64,000 nucleotides of DNA. Origin: Gammaproteobacteria bacterium. GTDB taxonomy: Bacteria > Pseudomonadota > Gammaproteobacteria > RBG-16-57-12. Positions within the stretch are counted from its first letter, which is position 1. Every line of letters starts with the position of its first letter. Both the position numbers and the translations under genes were made by a program. The notes beneath the pieces were generated by a model. That model made no database searches and was not told the origin of the DNA. It saw only the letters and a list, made by a program, of their open reading frames with translations. Below, piece after piece: positions 1 to 9,440 of the stretch. Where the stretch lies: the NCBI GenBank assembly GCA_021647245.1, contig JAKIVC010000002.1, forward strand, positions 64,184 through 128,183. Reading direction: 5' to 3'.

Positions 1-804
1 GGTTGATATGTTTTACCAGCTTATCGAGAATGGTGTGACGAAGGTTTTTGTCAAAATAGATCAAGACATTTTGGCAGAAGACAATATCCATCTTGTGGAT
101 AGTACTCTGATCCATCTCAAGCAGATTGAGCATATTGAAACAGACACGCTTGCGCACCGCCTCATCTACCTGGTACTTGCCGCCCTCTTTTTTTGTTAGA
201 TAGCGCGCTAAAAGTGGCTGTGGGAACTCTTTGACACGCAGCGCGTCGTACACACCTTTACGTGCTTTTGCCAGGGCTGGCAGGCTGATGTCGCTGCCGA
301 CGACGCCGTAGTAGATGTTGGGGTGAAACCTCTTCAGGTAGTCATCCAGTGCAATCGCTAGCGTGTAGCTCTCCTCTCCTGTGGCACAACCGACACTCCA
401 GGCTTGGAGGTGGTTTTCACCCAGGTGGCTCCTGATATAGTCGGGCAAGAAGGCTTCCGTTAGCAGTTTAATAGAGCTGGGGTGGCGAAAAAAACGTGTT
501 TCATGAATAGTCAGGCGATCAACCAGTGTGGTCCACTCAATCTTGCCATTACGCCCCGAGAGCAGGTACTGGTAGTAGTCGCTATAGCATGTAAAGTCCA
601 GCTCACGCATACGCAGCCGAACCCCGGTGGTAAGGAACGATTTGCGCGCATACCGGACATCCATGCCCGTACGCTGCTTGAGCAGACAGCTCCACCGCAG
701 GAACTCCTGGTCATCCATTTCATTGATGCTGTTCATCCAGTCGGGTGTCTCAGCCATAGTCTGTTGTTCAATCACGTTATAACCGATACCTGCCATCAAC
801 ATAG
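1..804 (-). CDS. pilK: CheR-type chemotaxis protein methyltransferase, in the PilK position of a Pil-Chp cluster. Start ATG is at 804..802. The C-terminus runs off the window start, so the ORF track does not list it.
   Basis: Manual minus-strand translation gives MLMAGIGYNVIEQQ...WSVGCATGEESYTLAIAL...GSDISLPALAKARKGVYD...DIVFCQNVLIYFD, which are CheR SAM-methyltransferase motifs. It lies immediately downstream of the PilJ-like MCP. Confidence 0.8.
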
Positions 805-834
805 CTGTGAAGTCTATATTAGCGTTTTATGCTG

Positions 835-2868
835 CTAACTCGGCAGTTTGAAGCCGGCCACGGAGCCGCGAAGGTCGTGTGCCAGATCGGCCAAATTGCT
901 AATCGAGGCTGAGGTTTCATTCGTGCCCGCCGCCGTTTGGGTGGTGAGATCCTGAATGACATTCATGGTTTCGGAGATATTGTTTGCTGCATTACACTGC
1001 TGTGTTGCCGCTACCGAGATGTTGTGACTCAGGTCATTGAGTTCGTTAGAGACCTCCTCAATTTCAGTCAGAGTATCTCCGGCGGTTTTGGCTAGCTGGG
1101 TTCCCCTAACCACCTCAGTGGTGCTTCGCTCCATTGAAGCAATCGCTTCATTGGTGTCACTTTGAATGGTTTTAACCAGTGCTTCGATCTGTTTGGTAGC
1201 ATCGGTGGAGCGCTCGGCTAGGCGTTGAACTTCATCGGCGACAACCGCAAAGCCACGCCCCGCATCACCCGCCATGGCGGCTTGAATTGCGGCATTCAAT
1301 GCCAGAATATTGGTCTGGTCAGTCAAGTCATTGATTAATTCGACAATTTCACTAATCTCCAGCGAGCTCTCACCTAGGCGCTTGATGCGTTTCGAGGTCT
1401 CTTGAATCTGCTCGCGGATATGCTCCATGCCGTTAATAGAGTCGTGAACAGCGGTGACGCCATCATGGGCGGTTTTGACGGATGTCTTGGCAACGGTGGA
1501 GGAGTTGAGTGCATTAGTGGAGACATCCTCAATCGAGGTGGCCATCTCGTTAATTGCGGTAACAACCGTGGCAATCTGATGTGCTTGGTGGTCGGTGGCA
1601 TCGGCCAGATGTATCGCAGTGGTTTGCGTCTCTGTTGCAGCAGAGGAGACTTGTGACACGGTATCATTAATGGTGTTGACCAAGTTGCGCAGTGCGCTGA
1701 CCACGTAGTTGATATGTTCAGCAATAGCACCCGTAAAGTCATTTGATACGGTCGCTTCTACGGTGAGGTCGCCCTCAGCTAAGCCACTGATTTCGTACAA
1801 TAGACGTTGAATCGCCTCTTCATGCTCCTGGTTGGCTTGTGCACTCTCCTCGATACGCTGGCGTGCATCGCGTAGCAGTGAGTAGGCGAGCCAAATCAAC
1901 ACGATAAGTGCGAAAAAGGCAGCTGCATAGCCCAGGTTTTCGGCGAGAGAGCGTGAAGTGCTGTTGTTCAAATTGATATAGGCGCGCAGCAGGTTGCTGC
2001 TGGCGTGCAGCAGGGCATCTGACTCGCGGTACATATTATTGGCTGCAACCTGTGCCTTGAATAGCTCAGGGGTTCGCTCCAGAATACGCTCCGAGAGGTC
2101 ACTGACGGCCTGATACATCAGATCCAAAACCTCAAGTTTATCTCTTGCAAGCTCATTTCGTATGCGGCTGACATCTTGAGCGGTATCGCCTTCACGCATA
2201 CCGGCCAGCACTTCACCAAACTGGGCAATATCACGCTTAAATTCAGCTGCCGCATTAGCGGCACCCGTGTCGGCATTGATCATTCGGACAAGGTTATACT
2301 CTATGCGCTGTGCCAAGGTAACTTGGTTTGCTGCGTGCTGAATCTGTTTTGGGCGGTATCCGAGTTCCACCATGATATCGACCACTTCGGAAGAGCTCGC
2401 CTGTATCTGGGGCATTAACTCTGCCAGTGCGGAGATAAACTCACTGAGTATGCGGGTAGTCCCTTCAGACTCCAGCGTAATCTCTATATTATTGCTGAAC
2501 TTTTCCCACTCAGTGGTGAGGGCATCGAGTTCCGCCTGGACCTCTTTGGGCGATGGTGGCAGGCCACTCTCGGGGTTGCCATTTTGCAGCTTCATTAGTG
2601 ATGCATTGAAAAGGTCGTGGGTCTCTTTTAGCTTACCGAAGGCATCCACATCGGCTTGTGACGCGGCGATTGCGTATTTCAATACGCGTTGTGAAAGTAG
2701 CCGCTGCTCCCCTGCCGTATTAATGTACTCTCTATCGTGTTGCTCTTTGATAGAGGAGTAACCAAAGAGTAATCCCATTAATACCACCAGCACAATGAGC
2801 AGAGCGATGGCGTAGGTGATTGGCTTATTGTTAGTGCCGCTTTCTGTCTGAATTGCTGATGTTGTCAT
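835..2868 (-). CDS. pilJ: Methyl-accepting chemotaxis protein of the type IV pilus (twitching) chemosensory system, PilJ-like.
   Basis: 677 aa. N-terminal TM, then a PilJ-type periplasmic domain (EQRLLSQRVLKYAIAASQ), a second TM, HAMP, and the MCP signalling domain ([35 protein letters not shown]). Operon context is CheY/CheW/MCP/CheR. Confidence 0.85.
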   Translation of the reverse strand: MTTSAIQTESGTNNKPITYAIALLIVLVVLMGLLFGYSSIKEQHDREYINTAGEQRLLSQRVLKYAIAASQADVDAFGKLKETHDLFNASLMKLQNGNPESGLPPSPKEVQAELDALTTEWEKFSNNIEITLESEGTTRILSEFISALAELMPQIQASSSEVVDIMVELGYRPKQIQHAANQVTLAQRIEYNLVRMINADTGAANAAAEFKRDIAQFGEVLAGMREGDTAQDVSRIRNELARDKLEVLDLMYQAVSDLSERILERTPELFKAQVAANNMYRESDALLHASSNLLRAYINLNNSTSRSLAENLGYAAAFFALIVLIWLAYSLLRDARQRIEESAQANQEHEEAIQRLLYEISGLAEGDLTVEATVSNDFTGAIAEHINYVVSALRNLVNTINDTVSQVSSAATETQTTAIHLADATDHQAHQIATVVTAINEMATSIEDVSTNALNSSTVAKTSVKTAHDGVTAVHDSINGMEHIREQIQETSKRIKRLGESSLEISEIVELINDLTDQTNILALNAAIQAAMAGDAGRGFAVVADEVQRLAERSTDATKQIEALVKTIQSDTNEAIASMERSTTEVVRGTQLAKTAGDTLTEIEEVSNELNDLSHNISVAATQQCNAANNISETMNVIQDLTTQTAAGTNETSASISNLADLAHDLRGSVAGFKLPS

Positions 2869-2924
2869 TATCGGCTCCAGGCCTTATTTGTTGGTGGTAA
2901 TATCATTATTTATGGGATGCCGCA

Positions 2925-3452
2925 TTAAGCGGCTATGTTCATGAATGCCTGTGATTGCGCCAGCTTTGGCAGGCTTAGCACATGGTACTCTTGTGAGTCG
3001 TCCATAAAACCTGCTGTCAGGTAGGGTACTAATTTTGGGTCATTCGAGGCGTGATTTTCGACCTTTTTTGTCTGGTCGAGATGCCTGAGGCCGTGAACCT
3101 CGTCGACCAGCAACCCCGCCATCAGTCCCGACTGGTTAATGACCAGTATACGGCTGTTTTTTTGGGCGGTAGGTGCGCGTAAATCGAGAAATGCGGCGAG
3201 ATCAATGATGGTGATTAAGCTTCCTCGCACATTGGCTACACCTCTCACCCATGGCTTAACACCAGGCAGCAGAGAAATATGAGGGCAGGGTGCCACCTCC
3301 TGTATCTCGGAAAGAGCGGATATTAGGTTGATTTTGCCAAAGCGGTAGCTGATACCGTGCCAGATTTTCCGTGCCTTATCGGGCTGTGGTAATGGGGTGG
3401 CATTTTCGTGAGCTCGCGCTGCAATTTCTTGTAGTAATTGAAAAAAATTCAT
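2925..3452 (-). CDS. pilI: CheW-like coupling protein, PilI-like.
   Basis: 175-aa single CheW domain. It overlaps the upstream response regulator gene (ATGA) and sits between the response regulator and pilJ. Confidence 0.75.
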   Translation of the reverse strand: MNFFQLLQEIAARAHENATPLPQPDKARKIWHGISYRFGKINLISALSEIQEVAPCPHISLLPGVKPWVRGVANVRGSLITIIDLAAFLDLRAPTAQKNSRILVINQSGLMAGLLVDEVHGLRHLDQTKKVENHASNDPKLVPYLTAGFMDDSQEYHVLSLPKLAQSQAFMNIAA

Positions 3453-3850
3453 TGCGTAACCGCCCTCGGTACATGGTGTTTTACGGCATCCAGTAGTTCA
3501 TCTTTGGTAAAAGGCTTGGTCAGGTACTGATCCGAACCTACAATCCGCCCACGGGCACGGTCAAACAGACCATCTTTACTGGTGAGCATAACCACCGGAG
3601 TTGTTTTGAAGGTGTGGTTGTGTTTAATCAGGGCGCAGGTTTGATAGCCATCGAGGCGCGGCATCATCACATCAACAAAAATCAGATCGGGCTTGTGATC
3701 GGTGATGATAGAGAGTGCAGCAAACCCGTCGATGGCTGTGACAACATCACAACCCGCTTTTTGGAGGAGTGTTTCCGCTGTGCGGCGGATTGTTTTACTG
3801 TCATCAATGACCATCACTTTTACATTTTGAAACTGGGTTGTATTCGCCAT
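3449..3850 (-). CDS. CheY-like single-domain response regulator (PilG/PilH family). Only one copy is present here.
   Basis: 133 aa. Receiver motifs VMVIDDS ... LIFVDVMMPRLDG ... VMLTSKDG ... K. First gene of the pil-chp operon and divergent from the gshA/gshB side, as pilG is in Pseudomonas. Confidence 0.75.
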   Translation of the reverse strand: MANTTQFQNVKVMVIDDSKTIRRTAETLLQKAGCDVVTAIDGFAALSIITDHKPDLIFVDVMMPRLDGYQTCALIKHNHTFKTTPVVMLTSKDGLFDRARGRIVGSDQYLTKPFTKDELLDAVKHHVPRAVTQ

Positions 3851-4279
3851 GCGTTCGTCCTGTTATTTTCTTCGCCTTGATCGACTCGTTTCGACTGGCA
3901 GTAAAAGCGCACTAAAGCGAAGAAATTAAACCAATATTGTCAAAGTTGCACCTATTTTATTTTGCTCAAGATAACACTATTTTTGATTTTTTGAGACAAA
4001 TTTATCTGCTTTTCGCAGGGCGTGAAAAGGTTACCGGCGTTTCATGTTAAACTGATGGGCACCTGAACTTCGTTAGTTATCTTCAAATTTATTGTTTTAA
4101 GGTTTAATTGATTATCCCGCAAAAAACAACCGGGATTAGTGCTTTTTCGACGATTGTGTCAGGCTATTTCACTCTGAACATAGGGTGAAAGTATAGGCCG
4201 AACCAAGCGCCTATCAGTCGGTCGTACTCGTTGTATTTACTCGGTTTTTAGTGGTGGCCACAGTGATGAAGGAAAATTA

Positions 4280-5569
4280 ATGACATTTCAACAGCATGTG
4301 AGCGTACCGCACTTGACAACCGCCCTCACAGGACCTCTGCAACACATTGAGAGCCACCTGCTTGGGCATCAAGTCGAAATTGAGACGTGGTTCCGCAGTC
4401 AGTGGCTAAAGACCCCTGCCCCTTTTTATACCTCGGTTGATCTGCGTAATGCGGGTTTCAAGCTGGCGCCGGTCGATACCAACCTCTTCCCGGCAGGCTT
4501 TAATAACCTCAATAGTGCTTTCATGCCGCTCTGTATCCATGCAGTACAATCGGCCGTGGAGCGGATTTGCCCCACTGGGCGGCGAGTTTTATTGGTGCCC
4601 GAAAATCATACCCGTAACCTCTTCTACCTGGAGAGTCTGGCAACACTGGTGCAAATTATTACTGCGGCGGGTTTTGAAGTGCGCATTGGCTCACTGCTGG
4701 CAACACTGGATGAGCCCATGTGTGTGGAGCTGCCCTCGGGGCGAAGTGTGACGCTGGAACGCCTGATTCGCCATAACTCCCGCGTTGGTGTGGCCGGTTT
4801 TGACCCCTGTGCGGTGCTATTAAATAATGACCTCTCCGAGGGGTACCCTGAAATATTAGTGGGTATAGAGCAGTCTATTATTCCACCGCTGGCATTGGGC
4901 TGGTCAAATCGACTGAAATCGGGTCACTTTGCACACTATCGTGATGTTGCCGAAGAGCTCTCCGACTTGGTTGAAATCGACTCCTGGCTGATCTCTCCCT
5001 TGTTTCGCAACTGTGGTGAGGTCAGCTTTAAAAAGCGTGAAGGTGAAGATTGTTTACTGAAAAATGCGACCGCGCTATTTACCGCGATAAAGCTTAAATA
5101 TGAAGAGTATGGTTTAACCGATAAACCTTTTATTGTCGCCAAAGCAGATGCGGGCACCTACGGAATGGGAATAATGACCGTGGAGAGTCCAGAGGAGCTG
5201 GTTGAGCTTAATCGCAAGCAGCGCAATAAAATGGCTTCCGCCAAAGGGGGGCAAGAGGTGAGCCAGGTTATTTTGCAGGAGGGTGTTTATACCTTCGAGA
5301 CGTGGGGTGATGCGGTCGCAGAGCCGGTAGTTTATATGTTGGATCACTTTGTGGTTGGCGGGTTTTACCGGGTGCATAAAGGACGAGGTGTAAAAGAGAA
5401 TCTGAATGCACCAGGAATGCACTTTGAGCCGCTGGCTTTTGCAGAGTCTTGCAGCACCCCTGATCGCAGCGAGGCGCCGGATGCGGGTATTAACCGCTTT
5501 TACGCCTATGGCGTGATTGCTCGCTTGGCGATGCTGGCGGCAGCTCGTGAAATTCATCAACACAGTTAG
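4280..5569 (+). CDS. Putative glutamate--cysteine ligase of the rare proteobacterial (T. ferrooxidans-type) family.
   Basis: 429-aa ORF ending 10 bp before gshB on the same strand. It has no similarity to the E. coli GshA layout. The call rests on the conserved gshA-gshB pairing and on size, with no motif-level confirmation, so treat it as tentative. Confidence 0.45.
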   Translation: MTFQQHVSVPHLTTALTGPLQHIESHLLGHQVEIETWFRSQWLKTPAPFYTSVDLRNAGFKLAPVDTNLFPAGFNNLNSAFMPLCIHAVQSAVERICPTGRRVLLVPENHTRNLFYLESLATLVQIITAAGFEVRIGSLLATLDEPMCVELPSGRSVTLERLIRHNSRVGVAGFDPCAVLLNNDLSEGYPEILVGIEQSIIPPLALGWSNRLKSGHFAHYRDVAEELSDLVEIDSWLISPLFRNCGEVSFKKREGEDCLLKNATALFTAIKLKYEEYGLTDKPFIVAKADAGTYGMGIMTVESPEELVELNRKQRNKMASAKGGQEVSQVILQEGVYTFETWGDAVAEPVVYMLDHFVVGGFYRVHKGRGVKENLNAPGMHFEPLAFAESCSTPDRSEAPDAGINRFYAYGVIARLAMLAAAREIHQHS

Positions 5570-5578
5570 GGTCAGGTT

Positions 5579-6535
5579 ATGGGGATAAAGCTCGGCATTG
5601 TAATGGATCCGATTGACGCTATCACAACCTACAAAGATAGCAGTTTTGCGATGTTGCTGGAGGCGCAAAAGCGAGGTTATCAGCTCTACTACATGGAGAT
5701 GAAAGACCTCTCTCTACGTGATGGCAAGGCGTTCGGTCGTCTCTCCCCTCTGACGGTAGATGACAACCAGGAAGCATGGTTTACCTTAGGTGATGCGGTT
5801 GAGCAGCCACTGACAGAACTTGATGTTATTTTGATGCGTAAAGACCCCCCTTTTGATACAGAGTATATCTATGCCACCTACTTGCTCGAACGCGCTGAAG
5901 TGGAGGGTGTGCTGGTTGTCAACAAGCCACAGAGTCTGCGTGATGCCAATGAAAAGCTTTATACCGCATGGTTTAATCAGTGTACGCCCCCGACACTGGT
6001 GAGCCGCCGAGATGATCAATTGCGCGCTTTTTTGGTGGAGCAGGGTGATATTATTCTTAAGCCATTAGACGGGATGGGCGGAGCTTCGGTATTTCGGCTA
6101 CGTCAGCAGGATGCCAATATTGGTGTGACTATTGAAGTGCTGACCCAGCATGGCCAGCGCTATATCATGGCGCAACGTTTTATTCCGGAGATCACCTCAG
6201 GAGATAAGCGCATCTTGATGGTGGATGGCGAACCGATACCCTACGCACTGGCGCGCTTACCCGCTAAGGGCGAGGTGCGGGCCAACCTGGCGGTGGGTGG
6301 CCGGGGGGTGGGTGTCGAGTTAAGTGAAAGAGACCACTGGATCTGCCAACAGGTGGGGCCGGCGTTGCGAGAGAAAGGGTTGCTATTTGTGGGGCTGGAT
6401 GTGATTGGTGACTACCTGACAGAGATCAATGTGACCAGCCCTACCTGTATTCGCGAGCTAGATAATCAATACGGGATCAATATCAGCGGCAAACTGATGG
6501 ATGCCATTGAGCAGCGTCTGGCGGCGCGCACCTGA
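5579..6535 (+). CDS. gshB: Glutathione synthetase.
   Basis: 318 aa. N-terminal MGIKLGIVMDPIDAITTYKDSSFAMLLEAQKRGY and an ATP-grasp C-terminal half. Position matches Pseudomonas gshB next to the pil cluster. Confidence 0.9.
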   Translation: MGIKLGIVMDPIDAITTYKDSSFAMLLEAQKRGYQLYYMEMKDLSLRDGKAFGRLSPLTVDDNQEAWFTLGDAVEQPLTELDVILMRKDPPFDTEYIYATYLLERAEVEGVLVVNKPQSLRDANEKLYTAWFNQCTPPTLVSRRDDQLRAFLVEQGDIILKPLDGMGGASVFRLRQQDANIGVTIEVLTQHGQRYIMAQRFIPEITSGDKRILMVDGEPIPYALARLPAKGEVRANLAVGGRGVGVELSERDHWICQQVGPALREKGLLFVGLDVIGDYLTEINVTSPTCIRELDNQYGINISGKLMDAIEQRLAART

Positions 6536-7563
6536 TGCGTTGGCTACTACTGCTTATGGTGCTGCTACTGGCTGGATGTGATCATCCGGATACCCACAGC
6601 CATAAACAGCAGATGTATGTTTTTGGTACCTTGGTGGAGGTGTTGATCTGGACCGATGAGGAGGAGGCTGCCAGTGAGGCGATGACACGGCTGAACGCGC
6701 AGTTTCAACAGCAGCACCAACAGTGGCACCCATGGGAGCCCGGTCTACTGCGCGCATTTAATCAACAGCTTTCGAGTGGTGATTCGGTTCCCATCCCTGA
6801 TGTGATATCTCCACTTCTGGCGCGCTCTATTGAGCTATCAATAGCCAGTGATGGTCTGTTTGACCCCGCCCTGGGGCGATTGGTAGAGTTGTGGGGCTTT
6901 TCGGATAATCTGGTTAACGCTTCCCAGCCACCAGATGCCGCCGCGTTAGCTGATTTTACTGAACATGCTCCGCGTATCAAAGACCTGGAAATCAACAGTG
7001 GCGTGGCGCAGAGTCATAATGCTCTTCTCTATCTCGATTTTGGTGGTTTTGCCAAAGGGTATGCGGTGGATCGTGCGATTGAGGCATTGCGTGAAATGGG
7101 ATTCGAAAATGCGATTGTCAATGCAGGGGGTGATCTGCGGGCGATCGGTAGCAAAGGAGAGTGGCCGTGGCGGATCGGAATTCGTAATCCACGGGGTGAA
7201 GGGTTGATTGCATCACTCCAGATTAGCGGCGATGAGAGTGTTTTCACTTCAGGTGACTACGAGCGGTTTTATGAATACCGGGGTAAGCGGTACCACCATA
7301 TTATCGACCCACGTAGTGGCTACCCGACGGCTGGTTTTAGCTCGGTGACCATTTTACATGGCGATGCGGCCACGGCTGATGCTGCCGCCACGGCGCTGAT
7401 GGTGGCCGGGCCCAAGCAGTGGCGTGAGGTGGCAAAAAAAATGGGGTTAAATCATGTGATGGTGATTACTCCCCAGGGTGACATCAGCATGACACCCGCC
7501 ATGGTTGAGCGTATTCGATTTGAGGTTTCGCCCGCGCCCCTCGTCAAGGTGGTAGATTGGTAG
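6535..7563 (+). CDS. apbE: ApbE-family FAD:protein FMN transferase, lipoprotein.
   Basis: Lipobox MVLLLAGC. Motifs GGFAKGYAVDRAIEAL and SGDYERFYEYRGKRYHHIIDPRSGYP. The start overlaps the gshB stop (TGATG). Confidence 0.8.
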   Translation: MRWLLLLMVLLLAGCDHPDTHSHKQQMYVFGTLVEVLIWTDEEEAASEAMTRLNAQFQQQHQQWHPWEPGLLRAFNQQLSSGDSVPIPDVISPLLARSIELSIASDGLFDPALGRLVELWGFSDNLVNASQPPDAAALADFTEHAPRIKDLEINSGVAQSHNALLYLDFGGFAKGYAVDRAIEALREMGFENAIVNAGGDLRAIGSKGEWPWRIGIRNPRGEGLIASLQISGDESVFTSGDYERFYEYRGKRYHHIIDPRSGYPTAGFSSVTILHGDAATADAAATALMVAGPKQWREVAKKMGLNHVMVITPQGDISMTPAMVERIRFEVSPAPLVKVVDW

Positions 7564-7925
7564 TGCTGCGTCGAGGTGATTATCTGGTACTGTTGGCCAC
7601 ACTACTGCTGTTGCCATGGCTCTATTTGACGCTCTGGGGTGATCAGCGTGCGGGTGAGTATGCACAAATTCTTGTGGGTGGTGAGCAGATGGCGTTGGTG
7701 AGCCTTCACCAACCGCGAACCCTTGAAGTGGAAGGATCTCTGGGGTTGAGTCTGCTCGAAGTGCTGGACGGTAAAATTCGTTTTGTAGCATCGGCCTGCC
7801 AAAATAAACAGTGTGTTCATCGCCGCTGGATCAGCTTGGGCGGCGAGGTGGTGAGCTGCTTGCCCAACCGGGTGAGTATCGCCATATTAGGTGGTGAGCA
7901 GCGTTTTGATGCGATTAACTTTTAA
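7557..7925 (+). CDS. Small membrane-anchored protein, NusG-domain-II-like (DUF1312-type). Commonly co-encoded with ApbE.
   Basis: 122 aa. TTG or GTG start overlapping the apbE end. One N-terminal TM plus a beta-rich domain. Assignment is by architecture and context only. Confidence 0.4.
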   Translation: MVVLRRGDYLVLLATLLLLPWLYLTLWGDQRAGEYAQILVGGEQMALVSLHQPRTLEVEGSLGLSLLEVLDGKIRFVASACQNKQCVHRRWISLGGEVVSCLPNRVSIAILGGEQRFDAINF

Positions 7926-7931
7926 TCACCC

Positions 7932-8489
7932 ATGAATCAACTTGGCCACCGCAAGATTTTGACACAACCCAGTGACCATCGCATCGCTTGGTGGGCCGCG
8001 CTGGCGATCACCATTCATATTGTTGAGAGTGCGCTGCCCAGCCCGGTCCCGGGTCTTAAGCTGGGTTTGGCAAATGTGATTGTGGTGGCGGTGCTGGTGC
8101 TCTATGGCTGGCGAGATGCGGTTTGGGTGGCACTGTTACGGGTGTTGGTGGGGAGCCTGCTGGTGGGTACTTTCCTTACACCTACCTTTATGCTCAGTTT
8201 AAGTGGCGCGTGTGCCAGCCTGCTGGCGCTTGGCGCGGGATATTACTACAGTCGCCTGCTACCCAGTTGGGGGCTTGGGGCGCTGGGCTACAGTCTGTTG
8301 GCTGCCCAAGCGCATATGCTTGGGCAGTTTGCTATCGCCTATTTTGTATTGATTCCACACCCCGCGCTCTTTAAATTATTACCGGTATTGATGACGGCTG
8401 CATTGGTATTTGGCGTGATCAGTGGCATGATTGCAGTGGCAATGATTGATAAGGTACAGAAGCGAGTCAATGGTGGAACAAGTAGTTAA
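7932..8489 (+). CDS. Gx-transporter family membrane protein (heptaprenyl-diphosphate-synthase-component-I-like, ECF S-component-like).
   Basis: 185 aa. About 5 TM segments with Gly-rich helices (GLKLGLANVIVVAVLVLYGW... GSLLVGTF). Third gene of the apbE module. Confidence 0.45.
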   Translation: MNQLGHRKILTQPSDHRIAWWAALAITIHIVESALPSPVPGLKLGLANVIVVAVLVLYGWRDAVWVALLRVLVGSLLVGTFLTPTFMLSLSGACASLLALGAGYYYSRLLPSWGLGALGYSLLAAQAHMLGQFAIAYFVLIPHPALFKLLPVLMTAALVFGVISGMIAVAMIDKVQKRVNGGTSS

Positions 8490-9351
8490 AGCGACACCCA
8501 TTAAATCCTCAGATCGACTGAGTTTCACCATTTTTATCGCGGTGATTGTGCATTTGGTGCTGGTGTTGGGTGTTGTTTTTGAATATGAGCTGAATAAGCC
8601 GCCGGTACTCACTGAAATGGAGGTGATCTTCATTCAAAATAGCACGTCGAGTGAAGAGAGTGACGCGGACTACCTGGCACAGGTGACACAGCAGGGCGGT
8701 GGTAATACCGAAGACAAAGTACGTCCCACCAGCCCACCACCCTCCGAATTGCCCAGTGACAACCCTAATGAGGCACCTGCACCGCAAGTTGAAAGGGTGG
8801 CCAGCAACCCAGAGCCAACCCAGCAACAGTTGGCGGTGAGAGTAGCGCAACAGGCGGAGTTGATTGAGCAACAGGTGCGTGAGCTTGAATCCAAATTACA
8901 ACAAAACCTGACGGCACAGCAGCTGATTCAGCGTAGCCGGGAGATCGCCAGTCTTAATGCGGAAGTAAGCGAGGCGTGGGAGAGCTACTCGAAAATGCCG
9001 CGTAAGAAATATATATCAGCGGCAACCCAAGAGTATAGTGCGGCGGCTTACATGAGTGCCTGGCAGGATAAAGTAGAGCGCATCGGCAATATCAACTACC
9101 CGGAAGCGGCGCGGCACCAAAATATTTATGGCAGCTTGGTATTGGAAGTTAATATAAAGCCTGACGGCAGCGTACAAGAGATCAACGTGTTACGCTCATC
9201 AGGGGAGCGTTTACTGGATGATGCGGCGATTCGTATTGTGCGCCTAGCCTCACCCTTTGCACCACTTCCTGATGCATTGAGAGAGGGGGCTGATATTCTT
9301 GCTATTATACGTACTTGGCAGTTTCAGCAGGGCGGGCTGGCAACCAAGTAG
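8470..9351 (+). CDS. TonB-family energy transducer.
   Basis: N-terminal TM (FTIFIAVIVHLVLVLGVVF), a Pro/Glu-rich spacer, and the C-terminal TonB domain YPEAARHQNIYGSLVLEVNIKPDGSVQEINVLRSSG. The ORF-track start at 8446 overlaps the previous gene, and the ATG at 8470 is in frame. Confidence 0.8.
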   Translation: MVEQVVKATPIKSSDRLSFTIFIAVIVHLVLVLGVVFEYELNKPPVLTEMEVIFIQNSTSSEESDADYLAQVTQQGGGNTEDKVRPTSPPPSELPSDNPNEAPAPQVERVASNPEPTQQQLAVRVAQQAELIEQQVRELESKLQQNLTAQQLIQRSREIASLNAEVSEAWESYSKMPRKKYISAATQEYSAAAYMSAWQDKVERIGNINYPEAARHQNIYGSLVLEVNIKPDGSVQEINVLRSSGERLLDDAAIRIVRLASPFAPLPDALREGADILAIIRTWQFQQGGLATK

Positions 9352-9440
9352 TCATCACGCTATTCAACCGCGCCATAAGAGCTTGCAGCCGAGCGACTGA
9401 ATAGATTACTTAAAATAATCAAGTCAACGATATTGAATCA

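Noticed and set aside
8-838. Plus-strand ORFs 8-199 and 482-838 at the window start.
   Set aside because: Antisense to the manually verified CheR-type gene on the minus strand, which is partial and therefore missing from the ORF track.
1374-2761. Several 80 to 130-aa ORFs on either strand inside pilJ (1374-1742 minus, 1402-1656 plus, 2176-2418 plus, 2372-2761 plus).
   Set aside because: They are embedded in, or antisense to, a well-supported 677-aa MCP gene. They have low-complexity Ser/Cys/Arg-rich translations typical of off-frame artefacts in GC-balanced coding DNA.
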